Origin: Acidimicrobiaceae bacterium UBA2093
Lineage (GTDB): Bacteria; Actinomycetota; Acidimicrobiia; Acidimicrobiales; Ilumatobacteraceae
Length of the DNA: 64,000 nt
NCBI GenBank assembly: GCA_002331255.1
Contig: DCZD01000002.1
Coordinates: forward strand, 101,077-165,076
Direction of reading: 5' to 3'
Below are positions 26,401 through 35,266 of the stretch, one piece after another. Positions within the stretch are counted from its first letter, which is position 1. Each line of letters begins with the position of its first letter. A program made the position numbers and the translations under genes. The notes under the pieces were generated by a model. That model saw only the letters and a list, made by a program, of their open reading frames with translations. It had not been told where the DNA came from and ran no database searches.

Positions 26401-27294
26401 ATGGGAGCACTCGACGGGAAAGTTGCCATCGTCACCGGAGCGGGTCAGGGAGTCGGTCGCTGTCATGCTGAACTCCTCGCCAAACATGGTGCGACTGTCG
26501 TCGTGAACGACGTGACTGACGCAGCCGACGAGGTCGTAGCAGCCATCACTGCGGCAGGTGGTAAGGCATCGTCGTTCAAAGGAAGTGTTGCCTCGTGGTC
26601 CGACGCAGAGGAACTTGTGAATGGCACAATCGCCAAGTACGGCGATCTCGACATCCTTGTGAACAATGCCGGCATCTTGCGTGACGCGATGGTGTTCTCC
26701 ATGACCGAAGAACAATGGGACATTGTCATCGATGTGCACCTAAAAGGGCATTTTGCCTGCTCACATTTCGCAGCAATGCACTGGCGTAATGCAGCCAAAG
26801 CAGCAGGGGATGGCGGCGCCCTGAAGCGTCGCAAGATTGTGAACACCTCGAGTGAATCGGGCCTCTTTGGCGGCACGGCACAGAGCAACTACGGAAGCGC
26901 GAAAGGCGGCATCATCACGATGACCGTCATCCATGCTCGCGAGCTTGGCAAGTACGGAGTAGATGTCAATTGCATCGCGCCGCGCGCACGCACGCCGATG
27001 ACAGAGAACAGCCCGATGTTCGCCAAGCCGGAAGCAGGTTTTGATCGCTACGACCCGGCCCATGTGTCGCCAATGGTCGGCTGGCTGAGTTCACCAGATT
27101 CGGACGGAGTAAATGGTCAGGTGTTCATCGTCACGGGTGAGGAGATTCACCGCATTCAGCAACACATCGTGGCGACCACTATTCGTGCTGGTGAGCAGCG
27201 CTGGACCCTCGAAGCCATTACTGCGAACAAGAATCAATTGTTCGCGGGTGTTTCGTCTACTGACGTTGCGCCATTCGGCAGTTTGTCCATGTGA
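26401..27294 (+). CDS. SDR, Hsd4A/MFE-2-type (3R)-hydroxyacyl-CoA dehydrogenase-like
   Basis: 297 aa with VAIVTGAGQGVGRCHAELLAKHGATVVVNDV, NNAGILRD, YGSAKGG and a C-terminal extension ending GQVFIVTG.... Confidence 0.8.
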   Translation: MGALDGKVAIVTGAGQGVGRCHAELLAKHGATVVVNDVTDAADEVVAAITAAGGKASSFKGSVASWSDAEELVNGTIAKYGDLDILVNNAGILRDAMVFSMTEEQWDIVIDVHLKGHFACSHFAAMHWRNAAKAAGDGGALKRRKIVNTSSESGLFGGTAQSNYGSAKGGIITMTVIHARELGKYGVDVNCIAPRARTPMTENSPMFAKPEAGFDRYDPAHVSPMVGWLSSPDSDGVNGQVFIVTGEEIHRIQQHIVATTIRAGEQRWTLEAITANKNQLFAGVSSTDVAPFGSLSM

Positions 27295-27345
27295 ATCGAC
27301 GTCGTCGCTCGAACGACGCAACGGCTCAGTGGCGTGACGACAACA

Positions 27346-27984
27346 TCACCAGGATTCACCGGTGACCATTTGAAAAATGAGAATTGCGAGGGTGCGTTTC
27401 ATGTCGTCTTGTGACACGCCACGTTGCTCGAAAATGTCGATGTAAGACACCAAGCGCTCAAGGGTTGCAAGAATCGCACTGGCCGTCGCGTACGGACTGA
27501 GTTCTGTCGAGATACGTCCTGACTTCTGATTCGCTTCGATCTTCGAGACCAGTGCATCGAGAAACGGTTTCAGCGCACGACCACGAGCTCGTCGGAACGC
27601 ATCATCGCCTTCTTCTGCCTGAAGATTGCGGACACGGAGGATGGCAGAGTGGCCCATCCAGTATTCGATGAATGCACTGACGAAGTCGAGGGCGTGTTGT
27701 TTTCCGGTGTTGCCGGTCCATTCATGTTCAAGGTACGCGATCATCGGCACAGCGTCTTCGCCTGCCTGTCGAGCAAGTTGTAAGACGGCATCAGAGACAT
27801 CTGAGAAGTATTGGTAGAAGGTCGCAGGCGATGTGCGGGCCTCGCGCGTCACATCGATCACTTTGAGATCGAGTGCACTGCGTTCCTCTAACAACTTGGC
27901 AGTGGCTTCAAGCAGGCGAGCGCGTGTCTGGGTTGCCCTCGTGCCGATCACTCGGCCGTCAGTTGCTTGCACTTTCGTTCCCAT
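27346..27984 (-). CDS. TetR-family transcriptional regulator
   Basis: 212 aa with HTH VIDVTREARTSPATFYQYFSD. It is the last gene of the minus-strand operon 31109->27346 and the only regulator in the window. Confidence 0.9.
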   Translation of the reverse strand: MGTKVQATDGRVIGTRATQTRARLLEATAKLLEERSALDLKVIDVTREARTSPATFYQYFSDVSDAVLQLARQAGEDAVPMIAYLEHEWTGNTGKQHALDFVSAFIEYWMGHSAILRVRNLQAEEGDDAFRRARGRALKPFLDALVSKIEANQKSGRISTELSPYATASAILATLERLVSYIDIFEQRGVSQDDMKRTLAILIFQMVTGESW

Positions 27985-28009
27985 TGGTCGAAACCTCAGT
28001 GAGGTTCTC

Positions 28010-28912
28010 TCAGGACGCTCCGTACACCGGTGCTGGTGCCGGTCCAGTGCTCAGCAGATCAGCAACCACCGACGTGATTTCTTCCGGTTCATAGCGGGCT
28101 CCTTTGTCGAAGGACACTCCGTGTTGCCAACCATCACACAAGTTCAATTCGCCACCGGCTATCTCGAATGCACGCCCGCTCACGGTGCATGCCGAGCTTC
28201 CGAGCCAGACAACCAAAGGCGAGATGTTCTCCGGCGCCATCTTGTCGAAACCACTGTCTGGCTTCTTCATCATGTCTGCGAATGCTTCTTCTGTCATTCG
28301 GCTACGTGCAGACGGGGCAATGGTGTTCGCGAGAATGTCGTATCGAGCCAGTTCTGCGGCGGCGACGATAGTGAAGGCTGCGATTCCTGCTTTGGCAGAC
28401 GAGTAGTTGGCTTGTGAGACGCTGCCGAACAGGCCTGCTCCTGAAGAGGTGGTGACAATGCGTGCGTCGCGAGCGCGACCAGCCTTGTGTTCTTCGCGCC
28501 AATAACCGATGGCATGACGGACGGGGCAGAAGGTTCCTCGCAGGTGGACCTTCATAACGGCGTCCCATTCTTCGATGCTCATGTTGACGAGCATGCGGTC
28601 GCGCACGATGCCCGCATTGCACACCAATGAGTCGAGTCCGCCGAAGTGGTCGACTGCCTGTTTGATCATGCGGCCAGCACCTTCCCAGTCACTCACATCG
28701 TCGCTGTTGACTACTGCCTCTCCGCCGGCGGCGATGATGTCGTTCACTGTCTCTTGTGCAGGGCTGAGGTCGGCCCCTTCACCGGTGAGTGATGCACCGA
28801 CATCGTTCACCACGACTTTGGCGCCCGCTGCAGCGAATGCCAACGCATGTGCCCGTCCGATACCGCGTCCGGCACCAGTAATGATGACGACTCTTCCGTC
28901 ACAGATTCCCAT
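28010..28912 (-). CDS. SDR, Hsd4A/MFE-2-type (3R)-hydroxyacyl-CoA dehydrogenase-like
   Basis: 300 aa with VVIITGAGRGIGRAHALAFAAAGAKVVVNDV, CNAGIVRD and YSSAKAG. Confidence 0.85.
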   Translation of the reverse strand: MGICDGRVVIITGAGRGIGRAHALAFAAAGAKVVVNDVGASLTGEGADLSPAQETVNDIIAAGGEAVVNSDDVSDWEGAGRMIKQAVDHFGGLDSLVCNAGIVRDRMLVNMSIEEWDAVMKVHLRGTFCPVRHAIGYWREEHKAGRARDARIVTTSSGAGLFGSVSQANYSSAKAGIAAFTIVAAAELARYDILANTIAPSARSRMTEEAFADMMKKPDSGFDKMAPENISPLVVWLGSSACTVSGRAFEIAGGELNLCDGWQHGVSFDKGARYEPEEITSVVADLLSTGPAPAPVYGAS

Positions 28913-28963
28913 GTTGTCCCTCCAGTTGTTGTAGATCTAGTTCACCGTTTGACCGATGGGGTG

Positions 28964-29920
28964 TCACATTGCTGCAGCTATTGCATCAGCGTGATCGTCG
29001 CTGTTGCCAAAGTGGGTGTCGAGCACCGTTGCGCGCTTCCAGTAACGCTGTGCATTCACTTCCCATGTGAAACCCATGCCACCGTGAACCTGAATACCGG
29101 TCTTGCCACAGAAGATGGCTGCATCACCAGCGAGCATCTTTGCGACACGCACCGTGTGTTCTGCGTCATCTTCACCCTTGCCCTCCAGGTTCACCGCCGC
29201 TGCGTACATCGCTGAACGTGCAACTTCAGCACGTGTCAGCATGTCGGCACACATGTGTTTGACTGCTTGGAATTGTCCGATTGGACGACCGAATTGTTCG
29301 CGGCCCTTCGCATATTCGACTGCAAGATCGATAGAGGCGAAGGCAACACCTACTTGCATCGCTGCAGTGAGAAGAGTTCCTTCAAGTCGAAGAGCTCGCG
29401 CAGCATCACCACTGAGAACCAACTCGCCGCCCGCTGTCACTGCGTGAGCCACGCGAAGCGGCGTGAGCGGTTCGACAGGTCGTTCGACTTTGTCGGTCGG
29501 CAGTGCATCGGGGGCCATGCGACGCAGTCCGCTTGAATCGAGCAGTAGTAACACGTCGAGGTCGTCTGCATGTTCGATGACCGTGACCGGCTCTGCAACC
29601 TCAGAAAGACCAACAATCGTGTCGCCCGATGCGGCACCGGCTTCGGATAGGTGTGTGGCGGCGAGATACGTAGCAACGAGTGGTCCTGGGACCAACGCAC
29701 GACCAAGTTCTTCAAACACCAGCGCTGCGTCGCTGACGCCGAACCCGTCGTTTCGCAGAGAGAACACTCCCATGTCGGCGATGTCTTTCCAGGCGCTGCG
29801 TTCAATGCGACCGTTGGCTGCCTCGATCTCGTGGAGCGTGTCAAAGGGAAAACGACCTTGGCAGAAGGAGCGAACGCCTTCCTGAAGTGCCAATTGGTCG
29901 TCGGTCGGCCAGAAGTCCAT
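28964..29920 (-). CDS. acyl-CoA dehydrogenase family protein, short beta-type subunit
   Basis: Trimmed to ATG 29920 (MDFWPTDDQLALQEG...), 1 nt after the upstream stop. It has QVHGGMGFTWE but no GGTxE motif (reads HFGNSDDH). Confidence 0.8.
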   Translation of the reverse strand: MDFWPTDDQLALQEGVRSFCQGRFPFDTLHEIEAANGRIERSAWKDIADMGVFSLRNDGFGVSDAALVFEELGRALVPGPLVATYLAATHLSEAGAASGDTIVGLSEVAEPVTVIEHADDLDVLLLLDSSGLRRMAPDALPTDKVERPVEPLTPLRVAHAVTAGGELVLSGDAARALRLEGTLLTAAMQVGVAFASIDLAVEYAKGREQFGRPIGQFQAVKHMCADMLTRAEVARSAMYAAAVNLEGKGEDDAEHTVRVAKMLAGDAAIFCGKTGIQVHGGMGFTWEVNAQRYWKRATVLDTHFGNSDDHADAIAAAM

Positions 29921-29921
29921 A

Positions 29922-31109
29922 TCAGCGATCCTTCGGTAGTCCGAGCACGCGCTCTGAGACGATGTTCTTCTGCACCTGTGACGTGCCGGCGGCGATACCA
30001 ATGGAGAGCGCGTGGATGCGACCCTTCACGTGCTTGCCCGTGGGAAGTCCAGACATGTCGTCGAGCGACAATGATGCACGATCGAGCAGGCGCATTGAGA
30101 TGTCGCCGAGTTTCTGGCGCAAGTCGGTGTAAGCGACTTTGAAGACGTTGCCACCGGCCCCGACCAATCCTTTGCGTTGTGCCTCGCTGATGTTGCGTTT
30201 GGTGAGTGCCCAAAGCGCGTCGAGTTCCCCGGAAAGATGAGCGAGGTCGCGGCGCAACCCAGCGTCTTCCCATGCCGTTGATCCGTGACGCGTGACCTTC
30301 TTTGCGAGGTCGGTGAGGTCGCGCACGAGTTCCATCGACTGCAACATCTCACTCACGAAGGCCGTGCCACGTTCGAATGCAAGAGTCACCATGGTGACGC
30401 GCCATCCGTCATTTTCGTCACCAACTCGGTTCTTGACAGGTACGCGCACTTCGTCGAAGTACACCTCGCAGAACTCAGTGGAGCCTTCCATCGTGCGTAA
30501 CGGGCGGATGTCAATGCCGGCCGCCTTCATCGGAAGGATGAGCCATGTGATGCCCTTATGTTTCGGTGCGTCCGGGTCGGTGCGCACCAACATCTCGCAG
30601 TAGTCGGCGGTGTGTCCGAAACTGGTCCAGATCTTCGAACCGGAGATGACGTAGTCATCGCCATCACGGAAGGCGCGACAACGCAAGCTTGCAAGGTCAC
30701 TGCCTGCACCGGGCTCACTGAACCCTTGGCACCACACGTGCTCGCCCTTTAAAATTCCGGGAAGGTGATATGCCTTCTGTTCGTCTGTTGCTTCAGCGAT
30801 GAGTGTCGGTCCGGCGTGCAGCAAACCGACAAAGTTCATGCCGACATATGGTGCACGCATGCGCTCGGTTTCTTCCAAGAAGATCAAGTGTTCGGTCGGG
30901 GTCGCACCGCGTCCGCCAAATTCTTTCGGCCAGTTGATGCCGGCATATCCGGCATCGAACAACATGCGTTGCCATCCGGTGTCCCAGGCGCGACGACCTT
31001 CCCAATCATTTCGGTGCGGTTCTGGTGGCACTGACGGAAGCACCTCGCGGAGCCACGCCCGCAGTTCTTCCCGGAAGGCCAATTCGGAGTCTGTATATCT
31101 CAGGTCCAT
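29922..31109 (-). CDS. acyl-CoA dehydrogenase, long alpha-type subunit
   Basis: 395 aa. The C-terminus reads AAGTSQVQKNIVSERVLGLP, with Gln at the canonical MCAD-type Glu position. A Glu is present in TLAFERG, the LCAD/IVD-type position by eye. Confidence 0.88.
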   Translation of the reverse strand: MDLRYTDSELAFREELRAWLREVLPSVPPEPHRNDWEGRRAWDTGWQRMLFDAGYAGINWPKEFGGRGATPTEHLIFLEETERMRAPYVGMNFVGLLHAGPTLIAEATDEQKAYHLPGILKGEHVWCQGFSEPGAGSDLASLRCRAFRDGDDYVISGSKIWTSFGHTADYCEMLVRTDPDAPKHKGITWLILPMKAAGIDIRPLRTMEGSTEFCEVYFDEVRVPVKNRVGDENDGWRVTMVTLAFERGTAFVSEMLQSMELVRDLTDLAKKVTRHGSTAWEDAGLRRDLAHLSGELDALWALTKRNISEAQRKGLVGAGGNVFKVAYTDLRQKLGDISMRLLDRASLSLDDMSGLPTGKHVKGRIHALSIGIAAGTSQVQKNIVSERVLGLPKDR

Positions 31110-31124
31110 GCGCGCCTGACATTA

Positions 31125-31141
31125 TCTGACGAACCGTCAGA
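31125..31141. promoter_or_regulatory. palindromic operator candidate TCTGACGAACCGTCAGA (copy C)
   Basis: Perfect arms. It lies 16 nt upstream of ATG 31109 (the ACAD-ACAD-SDR-TetR operon) and 65 nt upstream of the divergent GTG 31206. An extra CTGAC half-site sits 10 nt away at 31116. Confidence 0.6.
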
Positions 31142-31205
31142 AAGTAGAAGTAGCGCGGTTGAGGGTCAGATAGTGTGCCCGTGAACAGGCTCTAAAGGAG
31201 GCTTC

Positions 31206-32186
31206 GTGTCGGCAGTGACTCGTGACGACATCGTCAACACTTCACGTCAGGCCGAAGAGGCCGGTGCTCGCTTCAAGAATCAGCGGTTGACAGTTGGCGA
31301 CACCCACGTGGGCCCTCTCTCGCACCTAGCCAAAGAGCGCGAGTATCTCCGCTCGCTTACATGGGAACACTTCACTGTCACACCACTTGGCGCCACGGTC
31401 GGCGCCGTCATCGGCAACATTGACATCACTACGTCGTTGTCCGATGACGTCATCAGCGAGATCCGCAGAGTACTCGCTGCGTACAAGGTGATCTTCTTTA
31501 GGGATCAGCCGCTCACTCCGGAGCAGCACGTGGCATTCGCCCGGCGCTTCGGAGAACTCGAGCTACATCCATTCTTGACGTCCAACAGTGACATGCCCGA
31601 GTTGGTGCGCTTTACCAAGTCTGCAGAAGTTGGTGGCTATGAGAACTTATGGCACCACGATGTGACATGGCGCGAAGTGCCTTCGATGGGTGCGATTCTT
31701 CATGCACTACAAGTTCCTGAGTCTGGTGGCGACACGTTGTTCTGCGACATGTATGCGGCATACGACGGACTTCCCGACGATGTCAAGGAACGTATCGAGA
31801 GCATGACAGCCACCCACGATTTCATGCCGTCATTTGGTCGGAACGTGAAGGACCCCGAGATGCTCGAGAAGCTCCGCCTTGAGTACCCGATTCAACATCA
31901 TCCTGTTGCACCGACTCATCCTGTGACTGGGCGTCGCTATCTCTATGTCAACCGCAACTTCTGCACTGGCTTTAATGGACTCGAACACGAAGAAGGCATG
32001 AAGTTTCGCGATTACCTCAGTCGGCAGTCGGACATTCTCGAGCTTCAATGTCGATTTCACTGGCAGAAGGATTCAGTCGCCTTCTGGGACAATCACGCGG
32101 TGCAGCATTACGCCGCAAGTGACTATTGGCCTGATATCCGCATCATGGAACGCGCGAGTATCGTCGGCCACAAGCCGTTCCGCTGA
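31206..32186 (+). CDS. TauD/TfdA-family Fe(II)/2-oxoglutarate dioxygenase (taurine dioxygenase or alkyl-sulfate-ester dioxygenase type)
   Basis: 326 aa. GTG start with AAAGGAGG 5 nt upstream. Motifs WHHDVTW (HxD) and WDNHAVQHYA (distal His). Confidence 0.85.
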   Translation: MSAVTRDDIVNTSRQAEEAGARFKNQRLTVGDTHVGPLSHLAKEREYLRSLTWEHFTVTPLGATVGAVIGNIDITTSLSDDVISEIRRVLAAYKVIFFRDQPLTPEQHVAFARRFGELELHPFLTSNSDMPELVRFTKSAEVGGYENLWHHDVTWREVPSMGAILHALQVPESGGDTLFCDMYAAYDGLPDDVKERIESMTATHDFMPSFGRNVKDPEMLEKLRLEYPIQHHPVAPTHPVTGRRYLYVNRNFCTGFNGLEHEEGMKFRDYLSRQSDILELQCRFHWQKDSVAFWDNHAVQHYAASDYWPDIRIMERASIVGHKPFR

Positions 32187-32190
32187 CACT

Positions 32191-32967
32191 TCATGCAAGC
32201 AGGCGACTAACCGCAGCGTCAAGATCAGTTGCAACGTTCAATTCCTGCCGTGCTGAGTTGGTAGGGGTGCTACCAGTTAGTACGAGAGTAAATCGACATC
32301 CGAGGGTTCGGGCGAACGCGCCATCTGTGTCGATTCGATCTCCAATCATCACCATGTGTTCGGCAGCGATGTTGTTCGTCATGTGAGCAACGAGGCGCGC
32401 CATTGGTTCATGCGGCTTTCCTGCCACCGTGGCAGTTGTCTCCGATGCGCACTCGATCGCGGCGAGAATCGAACCACCACCCGGAATTGGCCCCTCAGAA
32501 GTGGGGTACGTGGGGTCAGAGTTAGCTCCGATAAGTGTCGCGCCGCCGCGCACTGCGGTCGCGGCCCGGCGCATGATGTCCCACGTGAACTCGCGGTAAA
32601 AACCAACCACGACGGCATCGAATCGACCGTCAGGCTCAGAGGAGAGATGCGGCGTGACGACGTGAGCACCGCGGCCAGCGACAGCTTCGCGAAGACCTTC
32701 ACCACCGCACACCAACACACGCATTTCGGGCTCGACGAGAAGCGCCGCTGCTTGTGCGCTGGAGACCACATCGCCACGGGCTTCAATTCCGACAGCGCTG
32801 AGCGCTGCGTACTGTTGTTCAAGAGTTGAAAACGAGTTGTTGGTGACGAACAGAACTCGTGTGCCGGCATTGCGCGCACGTTGTATGGCGTCGACAGAAC
32901 CTGGAATGGGAGTATGTGCGAGCCAGACGACCCCATCGAGGTCGCACAGGATCACCTGCGGAGTCAT
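32191..32967 (-). CDS. HAD-superfamily subfamily IIA phosphatase (NagD-like)
   Basis: 258 aa with ILCDLDGVVW, VTNNS and MIGDRIDTD. Confidence 0.8.
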   Translation of the reverse strand: MTPQVILCDLDGVVWLAHTPIPGSVDAIQRARNAGTRVLFVTNNSFSTLEQQYAALSAVGIEARGDVVSSAQAAALLVEPEMRVLVCGGEGLREAVAGRGAHVVTPHLSSEPDGRFDAVVVGFYREFTWDIMRRAATAVRGGATLIGANSDPTYPTSEGPIPGGGSILAAIECASETTATVAGKPHEPMARLVAHMTNNIAAEHMVMIGDRIDTDGAFARTLGCRFTLVLTGSTPTNSARQELNVATDLDAAVSRLLA

Positions 32968-33707
32968 CAGCAGACGATGCCACCATCAATTGTGAGAACT
33001 GAACCTGTGATGAACCGACCGTCGTCGGATGCGATGTATGCGAATGCCGATGCGATCTCTGACGGATCTGCAATCGCCACCGGCGACATGATTTTCGACA
33101 TCAACGAGTAGTCAGCATCTTTTGGAAGATCGGTGAATGACTTCACGATGTTCGTCTTTGTGCCACCAGGTGCGACTGCTGCGACACGAATGTTCTTGTC
33201 ACGGTATTCATAGGCCATCGAGCGGGTGAGCATGACGACCCCACCTTTACTGGCGCAGTACGCAGCACTCCATGGTTGGCCGATGAGCCCAGCGGTCGAC
33301 GCGGTGTTCAGAATGATGCCACCACCTGCAGCAAGCATGTGGGGAAGCGCATAGCGACAGCAGTAGAACGTGCCATTTAAATTGACACTGAGAATGCGGT
33401 CGAAGTCCTCTGGTGATTCTTCGTGACTCCACTTGAAGTGTCCGATGCCGGCGATGTTCGCGAGTATGTCGAGACCACCAAGTTTGTCGACGGCGTTCGC
33501 GACCATCTTCTCGACAGCGCTTGAATCGGCAACATTGCAGTCCAACGCAAAAGCCGAACCACCGATTTCAGCAGCGGTGTCTGCCGCTCCGCGAAGGTCG
33601 ACACAAGCGACTTTCGCTCCTTCGGATGCAAACTTGATCGCCGTCGCTTTGCCAATGCCCGAGCCGGCACCGGTGATGATCATTCGTTTGTTGTCAAACC
33701 TGCCCAT
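32967..33707 (-). CDS. classical short-chain dehydrogenase/reductase
   Basis: Trimmed to ATG 33707 (MGRFDNKRMIITGAGSGIGKAT...), with AAGGAG 6 nt upstream. YCASK is present. Confidence 0.85.
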   Translation of the reverse strand: MGRFDNKRMIITGAGSGIGKATAIKFASEGAKVACVDLRGAADTAAEIGGSAFALDCNVADSSAVEKMVANAVDKLGGLDILANIAGIGHFKWSHEESPEDFDRILSVNLNGTFYCCRYALPHMLAAGGGIILNTASTAGLIGQPWSAAYCASKGGVVMLTRSMAYEYRDKNIRVAAVAPGGTKTNIVKSFTDLPKDADYSLMSKIMSPVAIADPSEIASAFAYIASDDGRFITGSVLTIDGGIVC

Positions 33708-33718
33708 GTCTGTCTCCT

Positions 33719-35266
33719 TTATGCCTTGCCACCGAATTGAACCCGGAGGTCCTTCTTCAGCACCTTTCCACTGGGATTTCTTGGTAGAGATTCGAGTACT
33801 TCGAGCTGCTCGGGCACCTTGTGCATGGACAACTTCTGTGCCTTGAGGAATGTGACCATGCCCGCCAGATCGATCGCGGCGCCTTCTTTCAGCACCACGA
33901 CCGCGCATGCACGCTCACCACTTGCATCATCGGGAAGTCCGATGACTGCAGCGTCAGCAATAGATGGATGTGTGTACAGCAAGTCTTCGATTTCTTTCGC
34001 AGAGATGTTCTCGCCCTTGCGGATGATGATGTCTTTTAGCCGTCCGGTGATGCTGATGTAGCCGTCTTCGTCGATGACGCCGAGGTCACCAGTACGAAAC
34101 CATCCATCTTCATCGAACGCTTCGACGTCGAGCGATGAGTCGAGATATCCCATGCAGACTTGGGGCCCTTTGACACGCAATTCACCCTCCACTCCGCGGG
34201 GAGTGTCCTTGCCATCCAACACGGTACGCACAAGCACATCGGGGCACGGGCGACCATCGGTCTCGGCCTTTTTTACGTCGGGATCATCGACGTGCACCAT
34301 TATGTTGATCGGGCTCTCAGTGAGTCCCCAGCCGTTGATGAGTGGGGCACCAAACGTTTCCATCATCTCGAAGTGCAGTGGCTTAGGCTTTGCTGCACCG
34401 CCACCATTGAAGATGCGCACATCAGGGAACAACTTCTCGCCCTTCGGCAACTGGCGCTGTTTGTTGAGATACATCAACCAGAACGCGGTTCCAGCACCGG
34501 CACACGTGACACCGTTCTTGCCGAGCCACTCTGGAGTTTGGTCAGCAGCGAAGGTCTCAACCATGAGCAACTCCACGCCGGTCTGCATGGCATTAAACAT
34601 CCACACCAGTCCACCAACATGGGTGATGGGGAAGACAACTGCTGCCTTGTCATCAGGACCAACTTCCATGCTCCATTGCATGCCCGTGTTTGCCGCGCTC
34701 ATCGAACGGTCACAATGCTTCGCACCCTTCGGGTCGGCAGTTGTACCCGACGAATAAAACAACCAGCGCAACGCTTCAAATTTCGGGCTGAAGGGCGGAA
34801 GTGTTGACGGGTCACCCTCGGGAAGATCGGGGTCGGCAACGAGAATTCTTGTGCCGAGTCCTTCTACTGCTTCACGCGCCATCGGTGGATATTCGAAGCC
34901 ACGGAACATGTTTGGCACAACCATCAATTCGCAACCACTTTGTCGGGCGATGAAGCCCACTTCGCGCGTACGGTAGATGGGAAGAATCGGGTTCTGGATG
35001 GCACCTAGACGCGAGAGAGCACCAGTGAGAACTAGTGCTTCTAATCGTGATGGCAAGATCCAAGAGACGCGAGAGTCTTCGCGCACCCCAATGTCGTGCA
35101 GACCGGCTGCGACTCGCAGGCACCAATTACGAAAATCTCCGTACGTGAGTGTTCGACCTGCTTCGTCGATGGCCATGCGTTTCCCCGGGGTCGCTGCGGC
35201 GCGTTCTTCGACGAGTTCCCACAGGGTCTTTCCGGTCGTGTCGATGAGTCCCTCTATCGCTGCCAC
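33719..35266 (-). CDS. AMP-forming acyl-CoA synthetase
   Basis: 515 aa with YSSGTTADPKGA, NGWGLTES and WFRTGDLGVIDEDGYISITGRLKD. Confidence 0.9.
   Translation of the reverse strand: MAAIEGLIDTTGKTLWELVEERAAATPGKRMAIDEAGRTLTYGDFRNWCLRVAAGLHDIGVREDSRVSWILPSRLEALVLTGALSRLGAIQNPILPIYRTREVGFIARQSGCELMVVPNMFRGFEYPPMAREAVEGLGTRILVADPDLPEGDPSTLPPFSPKFEALRWLFYSSGTTADPKGAKHCDRSMSAANTGMQWSMEVGPDDKAAVVFPITHVGGLVWMFNAMQTGVELLMVETFAADQTPEWLGKNGVTCAGAGTAFWLMYLNKQRQLPKGEKLFPDVRIFNGGGAAKPKPLHFEMMETFGAPLINGWGLTESPINIMVHVDDPDVKKAETDGRPCPDVLVRTVLDGKDTPRGVEGELRVKGPQVCMGYLDSSLDVEAFDEDGWFRTGDLGVIDEDGYISITGRLKDIIIRKGENISAKEIEDLLYTHPSIADAAVIGLPDDASGERACAVVVLKEGAAIDLAGMVTFLKAQKLSMHKVPEQLEVLESLPRNPSGKVLKKDLRVQFGGKA

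Noticed and set aside
27300-27318. CGTCGT-cgctcga-ACGACG hairpin between the convergent SDR (stop 27294) and TetR (stop 27346) genes, considered as a bidirectional terminator.
   Set aside because: The stem is only 6 bp and there is no U-tract on either strand. It is too weak to call without transcript-end data.
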